Position numbers and translations under genes: made by a program. The notes under the pieces are model-generated. The model was not told where the DNA came from, did no database searches, and saw only the letters and a list, made by a program, of their open reading frames with translations. Positions 9,995 to 19,178 of a stretch of DNA of 48,770 bases are shown here, one piece after another; position 1 is the stretch's first letter, and each line of letters opens with the position of its first letter. This DNA is from a virus: IMG/VR virus record IMGVR_UViG_3300006802_000085, positions 32,001-80,770 of that record. One strand, 5' to 3'.

Positions 9995-10425
9995 GCGACG
10001 ACGACAAGACGGCGACGAAGCCGAAGAACAAGGGCGGCAGGCCCAAGGGCGAAGGCCGACCCCGGGGCGCGTGGTCCAAGCCCGTGTACATCGACGGTAC
10101 GAGCGACTACCTCGTGGGCACGCATCGGTTCGCGCGGCTGTACGGGCGCAACGAGCACTGGGCGCGCAACCTGCTGCAGGAGTGGTACACGGAGCAGCTC
10201 AAGGGTGGGCCCGTGCGCGTGCTCGTCCGGTACACGATCGTGAAGGGCAAACGGCAGCGACGGCTGTTCACTACCATCGGCGTCATCGAGCAGTCGATGC
10301 CGCGCGGGCGCGACATGGAGCTGGAGCGTTGGCGCAAAGAAGTCGACGCCGACATCGACCGCGCGTTCCGCCGCATCGTCGAGTTGGAGTTGCGGCTCGG
10401 CATCCGCAAGATGGGCACGCGCTAG
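9991..10425 (+). CDS. Hypothetical protein with basic AT-hook-like N-terminus
   Basis: KGGRPKGEGRPRG; ATGA coupling with upstream gene. Confidence 0.6.
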   Translation: MSDDDKTATKPKNKGGRPKGEGRPRGAWSKPVYIDGTSDYLVGTHRFARLYGRNEHWARNLLQEWYTEQLKGGPVRVLVRYTIVKGKRQRRLFTTIGVIEQSMPRGRDMELERWRKEVDADIDRAFRRIVELELRLGIRKMGTR

Positions 10426-10483
10426 AACGCGCGCGCGGGGAGTTCGCGCTCGGCGCGAGCATGCGCTAGCGAACCGTGGCCGC

Positions 10484-10499
10484 GTTTACCCGGGTAGAC
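10484..10499. repeat. 16-bp palindrome copy 1 (GTTTACCCGGGTAGAC), intergenic
   Basis: Read directly; one of 10 copies. Confidence 0.95.
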
Positions 10500-10542
10500 G
10501 CCGGCGGCGTCGGGGGCGGTGCGCGCGCTGATAAACCCCTTT

Positions 10543-10554
10543 GCGCCATTACCC
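10543..10554 (+). promoter_or_regulatory. Variant class II promoter element GCGCCATTACCC
   Basis: One mismatch to GCGCCATAACCC; upstream of the SD and ATG of the transglycosylase gene. Confidence 0.5.
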
Positions 10555-10572
10555 TAGAACGAGGACACCTAC

Positions 10573-11055
10573 ATGATGAACGCACTCACCCTTGCCCTGC
10601 TCGCGTCGGTCACCGTCGCCATGAACCGGCTCGCGCCCAAGCGCGACAACCGCGCGCTTGCCGAAGCCGTCGCGCAGGTGGTCGCGGCGGAGCCACCGAT
10701 CTTCCAGGACGACGCCGACCGCAAGCGTACGGCGGCGCTCGTCGTCGCCGTCGCCTACCGCGAGAGTGGGCTCGACGCCGCGGCGCTCGGCGACCGCGAC
10801 AAGGCGGGGCGCCCGCACTCGTTCTGCGCGATGCAGATCCACGAGAGCGCCGGCGGCACGCACGCGCTCACGACCGACCCCAAGGCGTGCGTCGCGAAGG
10901 GGTTGACGATGCTCCGTGTGAGCGTGCGCACGGACCCATCGCACCCGGTGGCGTGGTACGCGCGCGGCCCGCGCTTCCGCTCGTCGACTGCGCAACGGAT
11001 CTCGAATGACCGCATGTGGCTCGCGCGCAAGGTGTACGCGTGGTGGGGCAGATGA
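10573..11055 (+). CDS. Lytic transglycosylase (SLT-like) with hydrophobic N-terminus
   Basis: AVAYRESG (catalytic E-S) and FCAMQI (GLMQI-like); N-terminal ALTLALLASVTVA. Confidence 0.65.
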   Translation: MMNALTLALLASVTVAMNRLAPKRDNRALAEAVAQVVAAEPPIFQDDADRKRTAALVVAVAYRESGLDAAALGDRDKAGRPHSFCAMQIHESAGGTHALTTDPKACVAKGLTMLRVSVRTDPSHPVAWYARGPRFRSSTAQRISNDRMWLARKVYAWWGR

Positions 11056-11291
11056 CCAATCCGCGCCCGGACACGAGGCTATCGTGCGCGCTCCTTGTGC
11101 AGTTCTCCGACGGGTTGGGTTGGCGCGAGATTCTCGCGCTCGACACCCTGCGCTCGCGCGGTTGGTGGCGCGACGCCGTCGCCGAGGCCGAAGCCAACGG
11201 AGAGATCGAATGGTCGGGCGATGCGTGGCGACTGACCGATGAGGGGCGGAGGCGAGTGGCGCGGACGTTGATGACCACAGGGAGGTTGTAG
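11052..11291 (+). CDS. Small hypothetical protein (possible winged helix)
   Basis: ATGA overlap; WRLTDEGRR resembles wHTH wing exit. Confidence 0.5.
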   Translation: MTNPRPDTRLSCALLVQFSDGLGWREILALDTLRSRGWWRDAVAEAEANGEIEWSGDAWRLTDEGRRRVARTLMTTGRL

Positions 11292-11294
11292 CCG

Positions 11295-12203
11295 ATGATG
11301 ATCACGGGGAAGAGCGACGACAATGGGGTGGTGCGTGTGGACCCGAAATCGCGGCGCGGGTGTCGCCGATGGACCGAGGCCGAGGACCGGCAGGTGGTTC
11401 TCGGTTGGGGGCACGTGCCGTTGCGCGAGGTGGCGGCGGCGATTCGGCGCACCGAGTTGTCGGTGTACCTCCGCGGCACGCGCGTGCTCGGTCTCGACAC
11501 CTCGGTGCCGCAGGGGTTCGAGAGCTTGAGCGGTGCCGCGCGCCGCTTGGGAGTGAGCGAGCGACAGCTCCGCGAGATGAACGCCATCGTCGGGAACTCG
11601 CGCTACATCCGGCGCGCGGTCACGATGCCGATGCCCGGCAAGGCGCCGCGCAGGTTCATCATCGAGGCGGACAAGGCCGACGAGGTGATGCGGCTCTGGT
11701 CCGCGACGGAGACGCCTGCGATGGCGGCGCGCCGCTACGGGTTCGCCGAGTCGACGGTGCGCGCCGCGCTCCGACTATCCGCCGCACGGGGCGCGGTCGA
11801 GGGTATCCCGCGCGAGCCAAAAGGCACGAAACATTGGAGGGTGCCGAGCACGGTGATCGACGCCGTGCTCACGCGGTGGGTACGCGCGGAGACGGCAGCA
11901 GCGGCGGCTGCCCGTCACGGGGTCTCGCCGCACAAGGTTGCGCGCGCGCTCCGCAAGCACGGACTCACCACAGGCACGCATGCGATGCGCGACTATCTCC
12001 GGTCCGTTGCCGGTGGAGTGCGTGAGCAGTACCCGGGCGCAGAGCGTGAGATCGTCGGCGAGGCGTTCGACATGTTCTTCGACGCTCTCGCGCATCTGCG
12101 CGGTGTAGCGGCGTGGCGAGCGTGGCCGATGCTGCCGGAAGAGATCGACGAGGTACTCGTTCGCGAGCGAGTGATTGATGCGAGGGCACGTGACGGTGGA
12201 TGA
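11295..12203 (+). CDS. Multi-HTH DNA-binding protein with N-terminal Myb/SANT-like repeat
   Basis: RRWTEAEDRQV..GW...PLREVAAAIRRT; further HTH-like segments (LSGAARRLGVS, AMAARRYGFAESTVR, AAAARHGVSPHKV); SD GGAGG. Confidence 0.6.
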   Translation: MMITGKSDDNGVVRVDPKSRRGCRRWTEAEDRQVVLGWGHVPLREVAAAIRRTELSVYLRGTRVLGLDTSVPQGFESLSGAARRLGVSERQLREMNAIVGNSRYIRRAVTMPMPGKAPRRFIIEADKADEVMRLWSATETPAMAARRYGFAESTVRAALRLSAARGAVEGIPREPKGTKHWRVPSTVIDAVLTRWVRAETAAAAAARHGVSPHKVARALRKHGLTTGTHAMRDYLRSVAGGVREQYPGAEREIVGEAFDMFFDALAHLRGVAAWRAWPMLPEEIDEVLVRERVIDARARDGG

Positions 12204-12239
12204 GGTCCTCGACACCGTACGCCACCCCGCCCCCCGCCT

Positions 12240-12340
12240 ATACTTCGCTACGCGAAGTATGCTTCTTGGTTACAACCAAGGACCGATCTCTTAACTAGTT
12301 TAAGATCATTAAGTCAAACAAAAAGTTTAGACCCTAGTTC
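12240..12340. other. AT-rich intergenic segment with three adjacent inverted repeats; candidate replication origin
   Basis: ATACTTCGC-TAC-GCGAAGTAT (12240-12260), CTTGGTT-AC-AACCAAG (12265-12280), TCTTAA-CTAGT-TTAAGA (12289-12305); most AT-rich stretch seen; directly precedes the replication genes. Confidence 0.5.
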
Positions 12341-12356
12341 AGACCGTGCCCCCACA

Positions 12357-12369
12357 CGCGCCATAACCC
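12357..12369 (+). promoter_or_regulatory. Class II promoter element CGCGCCATAACCC
   Basis: Repeated motif; followed by SD GAGGAGG and ATG 12396. Confidence 0.7.
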
Positions 12370-12395
12370 ACCGACGACGAGGAGGCGACACACCG

Positions 12396-12680
12396 ATGAC
12401 GACGCGCAGCAAAGCAAGCAAGCACCCGATCACCACACGCCGCTCATGGTTCGGCACCGGCAAGGGGCGACAGCTCGTGATCACGGTGCGAGATTGGTAC
12501 GACTTCGATCGGGTTCGGTCGGTGCTGCCGCCCATGTGGGGGCTGTCGGCGGCGCCGGCGGGTGCGGCCGAGCGCGTGCTCGGTGTGGAGCTTGCGGCAC
12601 TCGTCGCGCAGGAGGCGGCGCGGGGGCGGCAGCCGCAGATCGCGATCGACCCCGCGGCCTTCTCGCGTTTACCCGGGTAA
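12396..12680 (+). CDS. Small hypothetical protein (starts MTTRSK; stop supplied by the palindrome)
   Basis: Strong SD; ends RLPG* inside palindrome copy 2. Confidence 0.6.
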   Translation: MTTRSKASKHPITTRRSWFGTGKGRQLVITVRDWYDFDRVRSVLPPMWGLSAAPAGAAERVLGVELAALVAQEAARGRQPQIAIDPAAFSRLPG

Positions 12681-12685
12681 ACGCG
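12664..12685. repeat. Palindrome copy 2, extended to 22 bp (CGCGTTTACCCGGGTAAACGCG)
   Basis: Read directly. Confidence 0.95.
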
Positions 12686-12688
12686 CCG

Positions 12689-12701
12689 CGCGCCATAACC
12701 C
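12689..12701 (+). promoter_or_regulatory. Class II promoter element, leaderless start at 12708
   Basis: CATAAC hexamer ends 8 nt before ATG; no SD. Confidence 0.7.
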
Positions 12702-12707
12702 CAGGGC

Positions 12708-14165
12708 ATGACCGTCGCCATCACCGTCGACAACCGGATCCGCATCGCGCTGCGCGGGTTGCCCGACGACGCGGCGGAGGCGCTGCGCCGAGCGTGCACG
12801 CACATGAACCCGGAGTTCCTCAAGCGCAAGCGCATGGGCTACGCCACGTGGAAGGTGCCGGCGGAGATTCGCACTTGGTCGTCGACGGAGCACGAGCTGT
12901 CGCTACCGCGGGGCGTGATGGCGCGGGTGCGCGCGATCTTCTCCGAGCACGGCCTCCGCTTCCGCGTCGTCGACGCGCGCGTGGAGGGGGCGCCGCTGCT
13001 TCGGCCGCCCGTGTACGTGGGGCACGAGCCGCGCGACTATCAACACGCGGCGACGTCTGCCATCCTCGCCCGTGAACAGGGGGTGGTGCGCGCGAGCACG
13101 GGGTCGGGCAAAACCACGACGATGCTGTACGCGGCCTCGCGCATCGGGCTCAACACGTTGGTGGTGCTGCCGTCGGTGAAGCTGTTGGACCAGACGGTCG
13201 AGGTGGCGGAGAAGCTGCTGCGGCTCGACGGCGGTGTGGTGGGCGTCGTGCGCGGCGGCACCAAGCGCCTGCGCCCGCTCACGGTCGCGACGCAGCAGAC
13301 GCTGTGGCGCCGCACCGTGGACGAGGACGTGCGCGCGTACTTCGGCGCGGTCATGATCGACGAGGCCCACCACGCGGCGGCGTCCACGTTCCAGGACGTG
13401 ATCGATCAGTTCCCGTGCCGGTACCGGGTCGCGTTCACCGCCGACGAGAGACGGCGCGACCGCAAGGAGTTCCTGGTCTACGACGCGTTCGGCGACGTGC
13501 TGCACGAGACCACGCGCGCGGAGTGCGAGGCCAAGGGCGCGATCGTCGACGTGGAAGTGCGGGTGGTGCTCACGCGCTTCCGCGACGGGTTGTATCAGCG
13601 CGACGCGAACTTCGGCGCGCTCGTGGATCGGATGGCGGCGGACCCAGACCGCAACAGCACCATCCTCGACATCGTCCGGGAGGAGGTGTCGGCGGGCGAG
13701 CAGGTGATCGTGTGCACGCACCGGCGCGAGCACGCGCGCGAGCTACAGGTGCGGCTCATCGAGATGGGCGTGAGCAGCGGGCAGATGCTCGGCGGCGCCG
13801 CCGCCGGCGACGTGCGCGACTTCGCCGCGACGCGCGCCGGGCTGAGGAGCAAACGCACGAGCTGCGGCGTGGGCACGTACGAGGCGCTGGGCGAGGGTAT
13901 CGATTTGCCGGCGGTCGCGGTCGGGATTGCGGCCACGCCCATCACCGCGAACAAGCAACGCTTCAACCAGTACCGCGGCCGGTTGTGCCGACCGTCGGCG
14001 GGCAAGACCCACGGGCGGCTGTACGTGATGCTCGACCACCACGTGCTCGGCGAGCGCGCGCTCGCGAACGTGCTTGCGTGGAACCGCACCGTACGCGTGC
14101 GCAGGGGCGGCCGGTGGGTCGACGCTCGCGCGTTGGGTGTGCGCGCCATAATCCGGGGTGCATGA
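12708..14165 (+). CDS. Superfamily 2 DEAH helicase (UvsW/ResIII-like)
   Basis: RDYQ, STGSGKT, IDEAHH, FTA, EGIDLP, QYRGRLCR. Confidence 0.9.
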   Translation: MTVAITVDNRIRIALRGLPDDAAEALRRACTHMNPEFLKRKRMGYATWKVPAEIRTWSSTEHELSLPRGVMARVRAIFSEHGLRFRVVDARVEGAPLLRPPVYVGHEPRDYQHAATSAILAREQGVVRASTGSGKTTTMLYAASRIGLNTLVVLPSVKLLDQTVEVAEKLLRLDGGVVGVVRGGTKRLRPLTVATQQTLWRRTVDEDVRAYFGAVMIDEAHHAAASTFQDVIDQFPCRYRVAFTADERRRDRKEFLVYDAFGDVLHETTRAECEAKGAIVDVEVRVVLTRFRDGLYQRDANFGALVDRMAADPDRNSTILDIVREEVSAGEQVIVCTHRREHARELQVRLIEMGVSSGQMLGGAAAGDVRDFAATRAGLRSKRTSCGVGTYEALGEGIDLPAVAVGIAATPITANKQRFNQYRGRLCRPSAGKTHGRLYVMLDHHVLGERALANVLAWNRTVRVRRGGRWVDARALGVRAIIRGA

Positions 14166-14901
14166 AAACTCGATCCGAAGTCCTACGCGAGAAGAAGCAG
14201 AAGAACCCCGCGCCCGAGCCGGCGAGCGCCGAGCCGCTACCGTCAAGGCGAAGTGCAGCGAGTGCGCCGAGGAGATGGACGCAGCCGCGTGCACGACGCG
14301 CGCGGATGGGACCCTGGAGTGCGTGCACTGCGGTGGCCCCGTCGAGGCGGCGGCGTTCACCGCGGCGCCGAAACCAGACGCGCCGTTGCCGCGCGCTGCG
14401 GCTGTCGGGTGGGTGGACCCGCCGCCGGCACGTAGCGTGTTCTGCGGGGTGTGCGGGTCGAAGTGGCCCTTGGTCAACGGCAAGGTGTTTCCCAACTGCG
14501 GGCACAAGGTGTCGGAAGCGACGGATGACCCGCGGCACGCGACGGCGTTTGCTCCGCCGGCAGGGCTCAATACCGTGTCTGAGCGCGAGGTCGAACGGCG
14601 CAACGCTGCCGACGCCGCGAAGGCTGTACCGACGCCGCTGGCCAACGTCAGCGGCGGCACCGGCGTCGTCGTCGCCGGTGCGAGCAACCGATTGAGCATC
14701 GCGTGGGGCGAGTCGCGCTTCCCCGTCGATGCCTACAACTACTTCAAGGTCGGGAGTCACATCGTCACCGTCGACGTGCCCGAGGGTGAGGACAGGCTCG
14801 CGGTCGCGCGCGCAATCGCTGCCGATCTAGAGCGAATCGCAGACGAACTTTTCGAGCGTCAGCGCGCGTGGTACGAAAAGAAGCTTGCCTCGGTCAAGTG
14901 A
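14162..14901 (+). CDS. Zinc-ribbon protein, probably frameshifted near 14235 (N-terminus MKTRSEV in one frame, body in the 14158 frame)
   Basis: ATG 14162 overlaps the helicase stop and follows GCGCGCCATAAT; CSEC/CVHC and CGVC/PNC pairs in the downstream frame. Confidence 0.6.
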
Positions 14902-14930
14902 TCGGTGGGCGAGGGAAAGGGCTGAGGGAT

Positions 14931-15488
14931 ATGGGGCGTCGCACCGTGGACTTGAACGAGTCGCTGTTTGCTGCCGGCGAGGAGGACGACGACGGAGGCG
15001 GTGAAGCGACCGATGACGATGGCGGCGACGACGCCTTCGCCGCCATGGTCGCGACCACGCGTGCGAAGATGCACCGGCGCAAGACGAAGCCGAAGACGAT
15101 CGCCGCCGCGGTGTTCAACCGCGCGCTGACGGAAGCGGACGAGATGCTTCGGAGCGGGAACTGGGAAGGCGCCGGCGTGCGTCACCTCGTTGCCGCCTAC
15201 GACCGATGCCACACCCGCTGCTACGGAGTCGAACCCGCGGAGCTGGGGCCGAGCGAGCGATTCAACGCGAGCATGCTCGCGGCCACGATGCTCAAGCGCG
15301 AGTTCAACGGCGACCTCGTGGGCATGGTCGAGTACATGCTCTGGGCCTGGGAGCGGGAGCTTGACCGAGAGAAGTGGCGCCGCGAGAACGGTCGCGACGG
15401 CGGGCGCATCGGCGTGCGGCTGATGTTCTCGGGCGCGCTGCTCACCGACTACCGGCTGCACCTAGCGCGCCGGGGTCGGAGCGCGTAG
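14931..15488 (+). CDS. Hypothetical protein upstream of DnaB (possible helicase loader/initiator)
   Basis: Purine-rich SD, coding-like codon usage; function inferred from position only. Confidence 0.55.
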   Translation: MGRRTVDLNESLFAAGEEDDDGGGEATDDDGGDDAFAAMVATTRAKMHRRKTKPKTIAAAVFNRALTEADEMLRSGNWEGAGVRHLVAAYDRCHTRCYGVEPAELGPSERFNASMLAATMLKREFNGDLVGMVEYMLWAWERELDREKWRRENGRDGGRIGVRLMFSGALLTDYRLHLARRGRSA

Positions 15489-15501
15489 ACTGGGTCGGGA
15501 G

Positions 15502-15720
15502 ATGAAACGGTTCTTGGTCACCCTGCGCACGCACGCGTGCGGCCCCTCTGACGAGTTCTTCGTCGAGGTGCGGTCGGCGTCGGTCGTGTCCGCGATCCGC
15601 GACGCCGTCGGCGTGTGCAGGGGCATGGGGCCGTTCGCGCTCATGCGCGCGCAGCCGTGGCCGCGCGGGGTGCGTTGCGCCGAGCACGCGGCGCGCCGCG
15701 CCGCCGCCGCTGCAGGGTGA
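15502..15720 (+). CDS. Small hypothetical protein
   Basis: ORF fills the gap between genes. Confidence 0.45.
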   Translation: MKRFLVTLRTHACGPSDEFFVEVRSASVVSAIRDAVGVCRGMGPFALMRAQPWPRGVRCAEHAARRAAAAAG

Positions 15721-15721
15721 G

Positions 15722-15734
15722 CGCGCCATAACCC
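15722..15734 (+). promoter_or_regulatory. Class II promoter element, leaderless start at 15741
   Basis: CGCGCCATAACCC; hexamer ends 8 nt before ATG. Confidence 0.7.
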
Positions 15735-15740
15735 CCTCGC

Positions 15741-17279
15741 ATGAGGACGCGTTCAGAAGCCAAGCGAGACCGGCAACGCCGTCGCCGCGGTGGTGATGGC
15801 GGCGGCGACGAGTTCCTGCCGGCGCGGTCTGCGACGGAGGAGGCGTGGCAGGTCGAGGTCCCGAACGACCCCATCAACGAGCAGGTTCTTCTCAGCGCGA
15901 TGACGCTGGACGCGGAGACGCGCAAGCGGTTGTTGCGCAGGCTCAAGCCCGACCACTTCTTCGCCGAGCGACACCGCGCCGTCTTCGCAGGGTTGCAGGA
16001 GATGACGGCGCGCGGGCTAGAGTTCGACCCCGCCGTGCTCGCGAGGTACGCGCCCGACGTCGACGTGCGGTTCCTGGAGCAGATCGCGGAGTCGCGCGGG
16101 GAAGCGCCGCCCAACCTCGACCACCACGTCGACACGCTGCTCTGGGATCACAAGCGGGCGCAGGCGGCGGAGGGACCGGTGGCCGCGTTCCTCGCCGGCC
16201 TGCAGAACCCGCGCGAGTCGCCGGCGCGCATGCGCGCGCTCGCGCGCTTGGTGGGGCAAGCCTTCGAGGACGCGCAATCGAAGGCGCCGTTCCTGCGCGA
16301 CACCGACGCCGTCGTCGGCGAGATGATGGCGACGCTCCGCCGTCGCGTGGAGGGCGAAGCCTTCTTTCCCTTCGGCATCGAGGGGCTGGATGCGGGCGAG
16401 GACGGGGTGCGCAGGCTCCGGCCGGGCGCGGCGCCCGGGCTCGTGACCGTGTTGACGGGGATGAGCGGCGCGGGCAAGACCACGACGGCGGGTCACATGA
16501 TCCTCGGGCAGGTACGGCAGCGACGGCGCGTGCTCGTTGGTGCGTGGGAGGTGCGCGCGCCCATGACCTTGGAGTTGGTGACGACGTTGTCGCTGGGGTG
16601 GTCGCGCTCGCGCATTCTCGACGGGCGCAACCAGCGCGTGGACACGGCGATGACTCGCGAGGAGATGGAGGTGTTCGAGCAGCGCGCGCGTGAGCTGGCG
16701 CCATACATCGTCTTCGTCGACAACCCGTTTCGGCGCGGCAGCGTGCGCAAGAGCGGCCGCGTCACCAACGACGACTACCTCGACATCCTGGAGGAGCACG
16801 TGGAAGCGAGCGGCGCCGCGGTCGCGCTGTTCGACTTGTTCGATCGGTGCCTGCGCGACCGCCGACCCGACGACGAGCAGGAGGCGTTGTGGCGGTTGCT
16901 GGAGATGACGGACGCGCATCAGATCCACACCGTCGTCGTGCATCAGCAGAACCTCAAGGGCGACCACGTGCGCCGCGACAACAGGCCGTCGCTGCCCGGG
17001 CTCAAGGGGTCGAGCGCGTACGTCGACGTCGGCGCCACGATCGTCGCCCCGCACATCCCCGCCAGGTTCAAGAACGTTCCCGACGACAAATTCGAGCTGC
17101 ACGTGCTCAAGACCCGGTTCGGTCCACCGTTCGGGCTGGAGTTCGATTGGGACCCGGACACGGGGCAGGTATGGGGCGGACGCGACTTCGGCCGCGACGA
17201 GTTGTTCGACGACGGCGCCGACGGCGCCACGACTCCGCGCATGGGCAAGAAGCCGCAGCGCAAGGGGCCGCGGAGTTGA
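15741..17279 (+). CDS. dnaB: Replicative DnaB-like helicase
   Basis: EQVLLSAM...LKPDHFFAERHRAVF N-domain; GMSGAGKT Walker A; ALFDLF; RPSLPGLKGS; LKTRFG. Confidence 0.85.
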   Translation: MRTRSEAKRDRQRRRRGGDGGGDEFLPARSATEEAWQVEVPNDPINEQVLLSAMTLDAETRKRLLRRLKPDHFFAERHRAVFAGLQEMTARGLEFDPAVLARYAPDVDVRFLEQIAESRGEAPPNLDHHVDTLLWDHKRAQAAEGPVAAFLAGLQNPRESPARMRALARLVGQAFEDAQSKAPFLRDTDAVVGEMMATLRRRVEGEAFFPFGIEGLDAGEDGVRRLRPGAAPGLVTVLTGMSGAGKTTTAGHMILGQVRQRRRVLVGAWEVRAPMTLELVTTLSLGWSRSRILDGRNQRVDTAMTREEMEVFEQRARELAPYIVFVDNPFRRGSVRKSGRVTNDDYLDILEEHVEASGAAVALFDLFDRCLRDRRPDDEQEALWRLLEMTDAHQIHTVVVHQQNLKGDHVRRDNRPSLPGLKGSSAYVDVGATIVAPHIPARFKNVPDDKFELHVLKTRFGPPFGLEFDWDPDTGQVWGGRDFGRDELFDDGADGATTPRMGKKPQRKGPRS

Positions 17280-18307
17280 GCCGGCGGTCGTGGGTGGAGG
17301 GCGTCGTCGCCGCGCTGGGGATGACGACGGGTGAGCGCGGTCGCGATCGGGTGTGGGTGATCTGCCCTTGGCATCAGGCGCCGGATTCGCCCGCGGCGTG
17401 GGCCACGAGTTTCTTCGTGCGCACGGCGGGCACGCGCCGCACGCGGGACGGCGGTACGTACAGCGCCGCCGGTCAATACCATTGCTTTGCGTGCGGCGTC
17501 GGCGGATCCATCCGCGACCTCGTGCGCCGTGTGCGCCGTTGCTCGGAAGCGGAGGCGGACGCGTTCGTGCTCCGGCGCGGCGGACGCGCCGGCGCGAAGG
17601 TGGAGGAGCTGCGCCGGCGCGTCGGCGTCGTTCGCGTCGAGCGACCGGGGCGCGTCGGCTTCGTGCTCCCGCGCGAGGTCGTGTTCGAGCCGTTGCCGCG
17701 GTGGCCGTCGGGCGCGCGCGCGGAGCTAGAGCGACGAGGCGTGACCGCCGAGGAGGTGGAGCGGTTCGGCATCGGCTACGCCGTCGACGGCGCGAAGCTT
17801 GGCGGACGCATCGTCATTCCGTGGCGCGACGGCTCCGACCGCATCGGGAGCTACAGCGCGCGCACGTTCGTCGACGCCGCGCCCAAGTACACGACTCCGG
17901 GACCGAACGACCACCCCGATCGCGACATCGTGTTCGGCGAGCACCTATGGCCCGCGAGCGGTCGCGATCTCGTCGTCGTCGCCGAGGGCGCGCTCAACGC
18001 CATCGCCGCCGCGCGCGCGTGTCCAGGCGTGGCCGTGGGAGCGGTCGGCGGCGCAGACAACTACAGCGCGGGGCAGGCGCGGCGTCTGGCGACGTTCGCG
18101 CGTGTGCTCATCCTCTCCGACCCCGACCCCGCCGGCGACAAGCTAGCGGCCGCGATCGCGGGCACGATCGGCCGCTACGCGCAGACGGAGCGTGTGCGGT
18201 TGCCGCGCGGGCAAGACGCCGAGGACGTGGGGACGCAACGGCTACGGCAAGCGATCGACGACGCGCTGGAGCGCATGACGGTTGCGCGCGGCGCGTTCGC
18301 GCTATAA
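17276..18307 (+). CDS. DNA primase (Zn finger + TOPRIM)
   Basis: CPWH...YHCFACG; FGIGYA; RIVIP; PKY; VAEGALNA; SDPDPAG; TTG start overlapping the DnaB stop is inferred. Confidence 0.85.
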   Translation: MSRRSWVEGVVAALGMTTGERGRDRVWVICPWHQAPDSPAAWATSFFVRTAGTRRTRDGGTYSAAGQYHCFACGVGGSIRDLVRRVRRCSEAEADAFVLRRGGRAGAKVEELRRRVGVVRVERPGRVGFVLPREVVFEPLPRWPSGARAELERRGVTAEEVERFGIGYAVDGAKLGGRIVIPWRDGSDRIGSYSARTFVDAAPKYTTPGPNDHPDRDIVFGEHLWPASGRDLVVVAEGALNAIAAARACPGVAVGAVGGADNYSAGQARRLATFARVLILSDPDPAGDKLAAAIAGTIGRYAQTERVRLPRGQDAEDVGTQRLRQAIDDALERMTVARGAFAL

Positions 18308-18341
18308 ACCTATATGCACAGCAAGCAAGGAGATCTGAACC

Positions 18342-18650
18342 GTGAACACGACACACCCCGACCACGTCATCGCCGCACTCATCGTCGCCGACCCGAAGCA
18401 GGCGCGCGCCCGGCTCATCGAGCGATTGCGCAAAGCGAGGATGCACAAGGGCGACTGCGCCGCGGCGATCGGGTGCGCGCACTCGACCTTGCTCAGGTGG
18501 ATCCGCAAGCTGCGGCTGGAGCCCGAGATCGAGAAGTTGGAAGCGCGCGCTCGGCGTGAGGGCTGGCACCACGGACGCGTCGGCGGCAGGCCCGAGGGGT
18601 CGACGGTCGCGAACGGAGCCGCCCCAAGGGGCTCGCGTCTACCCGGGTAA
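18342..18650 (+). CDS. Small Fis-like HTH DNA-binding protein
   Basis: KGDCAAAIGCAHSTLLRWIRKL; SD AAGGAG; ends RLPG* in palindrome copy 3. Confidence 0.7.
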   Translation: MNTTHPDHVIAALIVADPKQARARLIERLRKARMHKGDCAAAIGCAHSTLLRWIRKLRLEPEIEKLEARARREGWHHGRVGGRPEGSTVANGAAPRGSRLPG

Positions 18651-18652
18651 AC
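18637..18652. repeat. Palindrome copy 3 (GTCTACCCGGGTAAAC)
   Basis: Read directly; flanked by GGCTCG/CGAGCC. Confidence 0.95.
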
Positions 18653-18675
18653 ACGAGCCGACGTCGGCACACAGG

Positions 18676-18719
18676 AAACGCCCTATCCCCACGCCCTGGG
18701 GGTGGGGCGTTTTTTTTTT
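18676..18719 (+). terminator. Intrinsic terminator
   Basis: AAACGCCC...GGGCGTTT GC-rich stem followed by a 10-T run. Confidence 0.85.
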
Positions 18720-18730
18720 GCCCCGAGGGC

Positions 18731-18768
18731 AGAAAAGGTTTGCGCGTCGGCGCGCGACGGTTCATAGT
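18731..18768 (+). promoter_or_regulatory. Class I (early, sigma70-like) promoter 1, leaderless ATG 18775
   Basis: A-tract, TTGCGC-N17-CATAGT, ATG 6 nt later. Confidence 0.75.
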
Positions 18769-18774
18769 CTTCTC

Positions 18775-18945
18775 ATGACGACGACACACAACAACACGGA
18801 AACGGTGTCCGACATCCACGGCAACAAGGTCGGCGTCGTTGAGTGCGACGGCGGCGAGTGGGTCGCCTACAACCTCAGCGACATCGAGGTCTACCGCGGC
18901 CCCTCGTTCACCGCGGCGTGCGACGCGGCGCGGGGTGAGTCGTGA
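18775..18945 (+). CDS. Small hypothetical early protein
   Basis: Starts at promoter 1; GTGA overlap with next gene. Confidence 0.55.
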   Translation: MTTTHNNTETVSDIHGNKVGVVECDGGEWVAYNLSDIEVYRGPSFTAACDAARGES

Positions 18946-19178
18946 AGCCCCGCTCCTGGACGTCCAACGGGTACCGGTACTGGAGCCTGGTCACCGCGGA
19001 GGCGGAGGTCGTGGCCTCGGTTCCCGAGGGGTACACCCCGCACTTCCCGCCGATGCACGCGACGTACGAGGTGTACACGATCAAGAAGGGGCTCGCGAAG
19101 TTTGAGGGGTACGCGGAGGGCGAGCAGCGGGCGCGCCTGCACCACGCGTTCGGGTGCGCGTTCGGGAGGCAGTCGTGA
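18942..19178 (+). CDS. Small hypothetical early protein
   Basis: GTGA-coupled at both ends. Confidence 0.55.
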   Translation: MKPRSWTSNGYRYWSLVTAEAEVVASVPEGYTPHFPPMHATYEVYTIKKGLAKFEGYAEGEQRARLHHAFGCAFGRQS

